Under the pieces are notes generated by a model. It saw only the letters and a list, made by a program, of their open reading frames with translations, ran no database searches and had not been told where the DNA came from. Shown here piece after piece: positions 8,028-10,864 of a stretch of 10,864 nt of DNA (position 1 is its first letter; each line of letters starts with the position of its first letter). The stretch is from an uncultured Phycisphaeraceae bacterium (lineage in GTDB: Bacteria; Planctomycetota; Phycisphaerae; Phycisphaerales; UBA1924). The stretch is taken from assembly GCA_964389385.1 (NCBI GenBank), contig CAYMFP010000081.1:1-10864 (forward strand), read 5' to 3'. Both the position numbers and the translations under genes were made by a program.

Positions 8028-10112
8028 TCAGTTCGCCAGGCCGTCCTTGGAGGCGCCGTTGGCGCCCCCGCCCAGCCCGCCGGCCGCCGCGGCGAGGCGC
8101 GGGGCGAGCCCCAGCTGCTCGAGCGTCCGGTTCCCGAGGCCCGCGGCCTCGATCGCCCCCATCAGCCGCCGCAGCTCCGCCCGCTCGCCGTCGTCGCGGG
8201 AGGCCGCGAGCAGCTTCGCCGCCAGCGCCGCCACGCCGAGGTTCTTCAGGTCCTCGCTCCCGACGCCGAACTTGTCGACGAACGCCTGGAGCTGCGCCCT
8301 GAAGTGCTCCCCGTCGCCGGTGAAGAACGTGTCCCGCACCGTGCGGATGGTGGGGGAGTTCTCGACCGTGCGCTCCACGCTCTTGCCGAGCGTGATCGAG
8401 TTGACGATCTGCTCGAAGAAGCGGTTCTCGCCGCCGACGATGTCGATCCGCGCGCTCTTGAGCGCCTCGCCCAGCACCCGCGCCTGCTGCTCGGCGATGT
8501 CCTTCTGCACGTCGATCTGCGCCAGCTCGACCTGCAGGTCGCGGTTCAGGCGGAGCTTGAACTCCTCGTGGTCGCGCCCGACCCCGTCGAGCACCTTCAT
8601 CGCCTCGGCCTTCGCGCGGGTCGCCCCGGCGTCCGCCTCGCCCTTCTGGCGCAGGATCTCCGCCTCGGCCCGGCCCTTCTGCGCGATGACCTCGGCCTCC
8701 GACTCCCCGTACTTGCGGATCGAGCCGGCCTTCGCCTCCATCACCTGCGCCTCGGCCAGGCCCTCGGCCGCCGCGTCCGCGGTCTTCGCCTCGGCCAGCT
8801 TCATCGTCGCCAGCGCCTCCTTCTCCGCGGCGGCGCGCCTCGCCTCCGCGTCGATCAGCACCTGGTCCGCGTGGAACTTCGCCGCCGACTTCGCCGCCTC
8901 GGCCGCCTTGATCTCCTTGACCATCGCCTCCTCGGCCTCGGCCTCCGCGGCCTTGACCTTCACGCCCTTGGCCCGCTCCGCGGCCGCGAACTCCCGCGTG
9001 TCGTTGATCCGCTCCTCCTCCTCCACGACCGCCCGCTGCACCGCGACGCGCTCGCGGATCACGTCCTGGATCTTCTTCTGCTCGATCTCGACCGCCTTGA
9101 GCTTCTCGATCCGCGCCAGCTCCACCACCCGCTCGCGCTCGGTCTGCTCCAGCTCCTGCTCGCGCTTGACGCGCTCGGCCTCGACCGCGTCGGCCCGCTG
9201 CTTGGCCCGCTCGGCGATGAGCACCGCCCGGAGCTTGTTCTGCTCCTGGATCCCGAGCAGCTCCTCCGCCTCGAGCCGGGCCCGCTCGCTCTTGACCTTC
9301 TCCTCCTCGCGGACCTTGTCCGCCTCCGCCTGCTCGCGGAACTGCGCGATCTCGATCTCGCGCTTCTGCCGCGCCTCGACCTCGGCCTGCTGGCGTTCCA
9401 GCTCCAGGATCGCCTCCCGCGCCTCGACGTCCTGCTTCTTGATCGTCTTCTCGCGCTCGCGGTTGATGCTGTTCGCCAGGATCAGCTGCGTCGCCGTCCG
9501 CTCCGTGATCTTCTTGATGCCCTCGGCGTCGAGGATGTTGTCCGGGTCCAGCGCCTCGACCGGCGTCTGCTCCAGGTAGTCGATCGCCGCGTCGTCGAGG
9601 ATGTACCCGTTCAGGTCCTGCCCGATGTGCCCGAGGATCCGCTCCTTGAACTGCTCGCGCTCGGAGTACAGGTCCGTGAATTCGAACTGCTTGCCGACCG
9701 TCTTCAACGCCTCGCTGAACTTCGCGTCGAACAGGTCGCGCAGCTTGTCCTCGTCGCTCGCCCGGGCGCAGCCGATCGTCTGCGCGACCTTCAGCACGTC
9801 CTCCGCCGCGTTGTTCACCCGCACGAAGAACGCCACCTTGATGTCCGCCCGAACGTTGTCCGCGCAGATCAGGCCCTCGCTCCCGTGCCGGTAGATCTCC
9901 ACCCGCTTGAGCGAGATGTCCATCGTCTCCTTGCGGTGCACCACGGGGAGGATCAGCAGCCCCGTGAAGCTCACCCGCACGCCCCCGATGCCCGTGCGCA
10001 CCAGCGCCGTGCCCTGCTGCACCTTCTGGTAGCACTGCACCAGCATCGCCACGCCCGCGACGAGCACGAGCGCCAGCAACAGCCCGCCGGCGACGATGAT
10101 CCCGATCTCCAT
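8028..10112 (-). CDS. Flotillin (SPFH/band-7 family, YqiK/FloT-like), 694 aa, with an N-terminal membrane anchor, SPFH domain, long EA-rich coiled coil and a Gly/Ala-rich C-terminal tail
   Basis: The N-terminus MEIGIIVAGGLLLALVLVAGVAMLV is a membrane hairpin or helix. The SPFH-like core follows (VRTGIGGVRVSFTGLLILPVVHRKETMDISLKRVEI...ADIKVAFFVRV...). Then come roughly 330 aa of EA/ER/EK-repeat coiled coil (AEAEAEEAMVKEIKAAEAAKSAAK and others). A purine-rich RBS (GGGAAGGGAAGAG) lies just upstream of the ATG. The stop TGA is at 8028-8030. Confidence 0.9.
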   Translation of the reverse strand: MEIGIIVAGGLLLALVLVAGVAMLVQCYQKVQQGTALVRTGIGGVRVSFTGLLILPVVHRKETMDISLKRVEIYRHGSEGLICADNVRADIKVAFFVRVNNAAEDVLKVAQTIGCARASDEDKLRDLFDAKFSEALKTVGKQFEFTDLYSEREQFKERILGHIGQDLNGYILDDAAIDYLEQTPVEALDPDNILDAEGIKKITERTATQLILANSINREREKTIKKQDVEAREAILELERQQAEVEARQKREIEIAQFREQAEADKVREEEKVKSERARLEAEELLGIQEQNKLRAVLIAERAKQRADAVEAERVKREQELEQTERERVVELARIEKLKAVEIEQKKIQDVIRERVAVQRAVVEEEERINDTREFAAAERAKGVKVKAAEAEAEEAMVKEIKAAEAAKSAAKFHADQVLIDAEARRAAAEKEALATMKLAEAKTADAAAEGLAEAQVMEAKAGSIRKYGESEAEVIAQKGRAEAEILRQKGEADAGATRAKAEAMKVLDGVGRDHEEFKLRLNRDLQVELAQIDVQKDIAEQQARVLGEALKSARIDIVGGENRFFEQIVNSITLGKSVERTVENSPTIRTVRDTFFTGDGEHFRAQLQAFVDKFGVGSEDLKNLGVAALAAKLLAASRDDGERAELRRLMGAIEAAGLGNRTLEQLGLAPRLAAAAGGLGGGANGASKDGLAN

Positions 10113-10115
10113 CGG

Positions 10116-10130
10116 CTCTTCCCTTCCCGC
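10116..10130 (-). promoter_or_regulatory. Shine-Dalgarno-like purine-rich tract (GGGAAGGGAAGAG) upstream of the flotillin start
   Basis: The reverse complement of the region just upstream of the ATG reads CCCGGCGGGAAGGGAAGAGCCGATG. Spacing from the ATG is about 4-10 nt. Confidence 0.5.
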
Positions 10131-10166
10131 CGGGCGGCGGCTCGCCGCGCCGGTCTCTCGACGGCC

Positions 10167-10778
10167 TCAGGCCGCCGCTTCCTGTTCCCGTTCACGAACC
10201 CCGTCCCCGCCCGCACCTTGGCCCGGAGCCGCGTCCGCCCCGCCCTCCACCTCCGCCGCGTACGCCCGCAGCGCCCGGTCCGCCCGCGCGGCCCGCAGCG
10301 CCCGCTCCCGCACCGCGGCCGGATCCCGCGCCTCCTCCGGGGCGATCCGCTCCACCAGGTACACCCCGCCCGGCTCGCGACCGAACACGACCGCCGTGTC
10401 CCCCCGCCCCAGCGCCGGACGCCCCGCCCGCACCCGCGCCTCGATCACCAGCGGCGCCCCGCCCGTCGCCACCTCCGCACGGCCGAAGCCCTCGTCCAGG
10501 CGGGTCGTCGCCACCGTGCACGGCCGCCCCAGGATCGCCCGCCGCCAGTCCCGGTCATCCCCCTCGGCGCTGCGGTACAACGCCCGCACCGGCAGCGTGA
10601 CGACCTTCGCCACCGCCCCGCCGACCACCGCCGCCGGGACCGCCGCCGCCGCCACCTCCCAGCCCGAGAGCCCCAGCCGCAGCGTCAGCAGCAGGCTCAG
10701 CGTCCAGACGACGATCAGCACCACGCTCAGCACGACCGACGCGGGCACCTCGCCCAGGTTCAGCAGCCGCCCGAGCAC
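10167..10778 (-). CDS. NfeD-like (YuaF/YqiJ-type) small membrane protein: two N-terminal TM helices plus a C-terminal OB-fold-like beta-barrel. Start uncertain, because the frame stays open into the terminal low-complexity tract.
   Basis: Two hydrophobic helices are VVLSVVLIVVWTLSLLLTLRLGL and AAAAVPAAVVGGAVAKVVTLPV. The C-terminal segment GRPCTVATTRLDEGFGRAEVATGGAPLVIEARVRAGRPALGRGDTAVVFGREPGGVYLVERI fits the NfeD beta-barrel pattern of spaced Gly and Val residues with a final GxxLxVE. The gene is immediately upstream of the flotillin gene on the same strand, with a 54-bp gap, which is the conserved nfeD-flotillin order. Confidence 0.65.
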   Translation of the reverse strand: MLGRLLNLGEVPASVVLSVVLIVVWTLSLLLTLRLGLSGWEVAAAAVPAAVVGGAVAKVVTLPVRALYRSAEGDDRDWRRAILGRPCTVATTRLDEGFGRAEVATGGAPLVIEARVRAGRPALGRGDTAVVFGREPGGVYLVERIAPEEARDPAAVRERALRAARADRALRAYAAEVEGGADAAPGQGAGGDGVREREQEAAA

Positions 10779-10794
10779 GAGACGCAGGTGCGCC

Positions 10795-10864
10795 CCGCCC
10801 CCCCCCCCCCCCCGGGGCCCCGCCCCCCCCCGGCCCCGCCCCCCGCCCCCCCCCCCCGCCCCCG
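10795..10864. repeat. C-rich homopolymer/low-complexity tract at the window end (a C17-18 run, then CCCCG/CCCCGG units); mirror of the G-rich tract at the start
   Basis: Direct reading finds C-runs of 17, 9 and 11 and no coding-like structure. On the minus strand this is poly-G. Confidence 0.5.

Noticed and set aside
8478-9470. Apparent tandem DNA repeats of GCCTCGGCC / CGCCTCGGCC type across the flotillin gene
   Set aside because: They are explained by the Glu-Ala-rich coiled-coil coding sequence on the minus strand, with codons GAG GCG / GAG GCC repeating. This is coding low complexity, not a non-coding repeat array or CRISPR.
2992-9579. 2195-aa plus-strand ORF antisense to the ATPase and flotillin genes
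   Set aside because: Its translation is low-complexity and Gly/Ala/Arg/Val/Glu/Leu-rich with no motifs. It lies exactly antisense to two frames that carry clear Walker and SPFH motifs. Stop codons are AT-rich, so they are rare in 75% GC DNA and long shadow ORFs are expected.
7936-10035. 699-aa minus-strand ORF overlapping the flotillin gene
   Set aside because: It is a Gly/Arg/Ala/Asp-rich alternate frame of the EA-repeat region. The flotillin frame has the SPFH motifs, an N-terminal TM helix and proper GC3 bias.
9971-10778. ORFs 9971-10216, 10192-10521 and 9601-9894
   Set aside because: These are Cys/Arg/Gly-rich or Ser-rich alternate frames overlapping the flotillin start region and the NfeD-like gene. 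They have no motifs and shadow-frame composition.

Overview
The window is very GC-rich (about 75%) and looks like a complete short contig, because both ends are G/C homopolymer-rich low-complexity sequence (1-134 and about 10795-10864). Only four frames show non-biased composition and recognisable catalytic or structural motifs, so I call four genes. The many other huge ORFs in the track, including a 2195-aa one antisense to the big operon, are Arg/Gly/Pro-rich shadow frames caused by stop-codon scarcity in high-GC DNA. (1) 135-2795 (+) is a Hanks-type Ser/Thr kinase with an RKFVRRHR juxtamembrane motif, one TM helix and a roughly 500-aa C-terminal TPR-like sensor region. It is convergent with the neighbouring gene and only 13 bp from it. 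(2) A minus-strand operon reads 10778 to 2809: a small NfeD-like membrane protein (two TM helices plus a C-terminal beta-barrel), then a long 694-aa flotillin (N-terminal TM, SPFH domain, extended EA-rich coiled coil), then a giant 1706-aa cytoplasmic protein. The giant protein has a beta-rich N-terminal domain with an internal repeat, a roughly 400-aa Glu/Arg/Ala coiled coil, and a C-terminal MoxR/AAA_5-like AAA+ ATPase (Walker A SPPGYGKT; Walker B ILIYVDDIQ with DD in place of DE; sensor-1 AGNPY; an ANRAD arginine). NfeD-flotillin pairs are classic (yuaF-floT, yqiJ-yqiK), and SPFH rings are known to cage an AAA+ enzyme in HflK/C-FtsH. I do not recognise a flotillin-coupled giant coiled-coil MoxR-like ATPase as a described system, so this is the prime candidate for something new. 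A perfect 15-bp GC-only inverted repeat lies in the 98-bp gap between flotillin and the ATPase and may act as an intra-operon attenuator. I saw no tRNA, rRNA or CRISPR features and no recognisable IS-element or integrase coding sequence. My hand-read coordinates for small motifs may be off by 1-2 nt; the ORF-track coordinates are authoritative.
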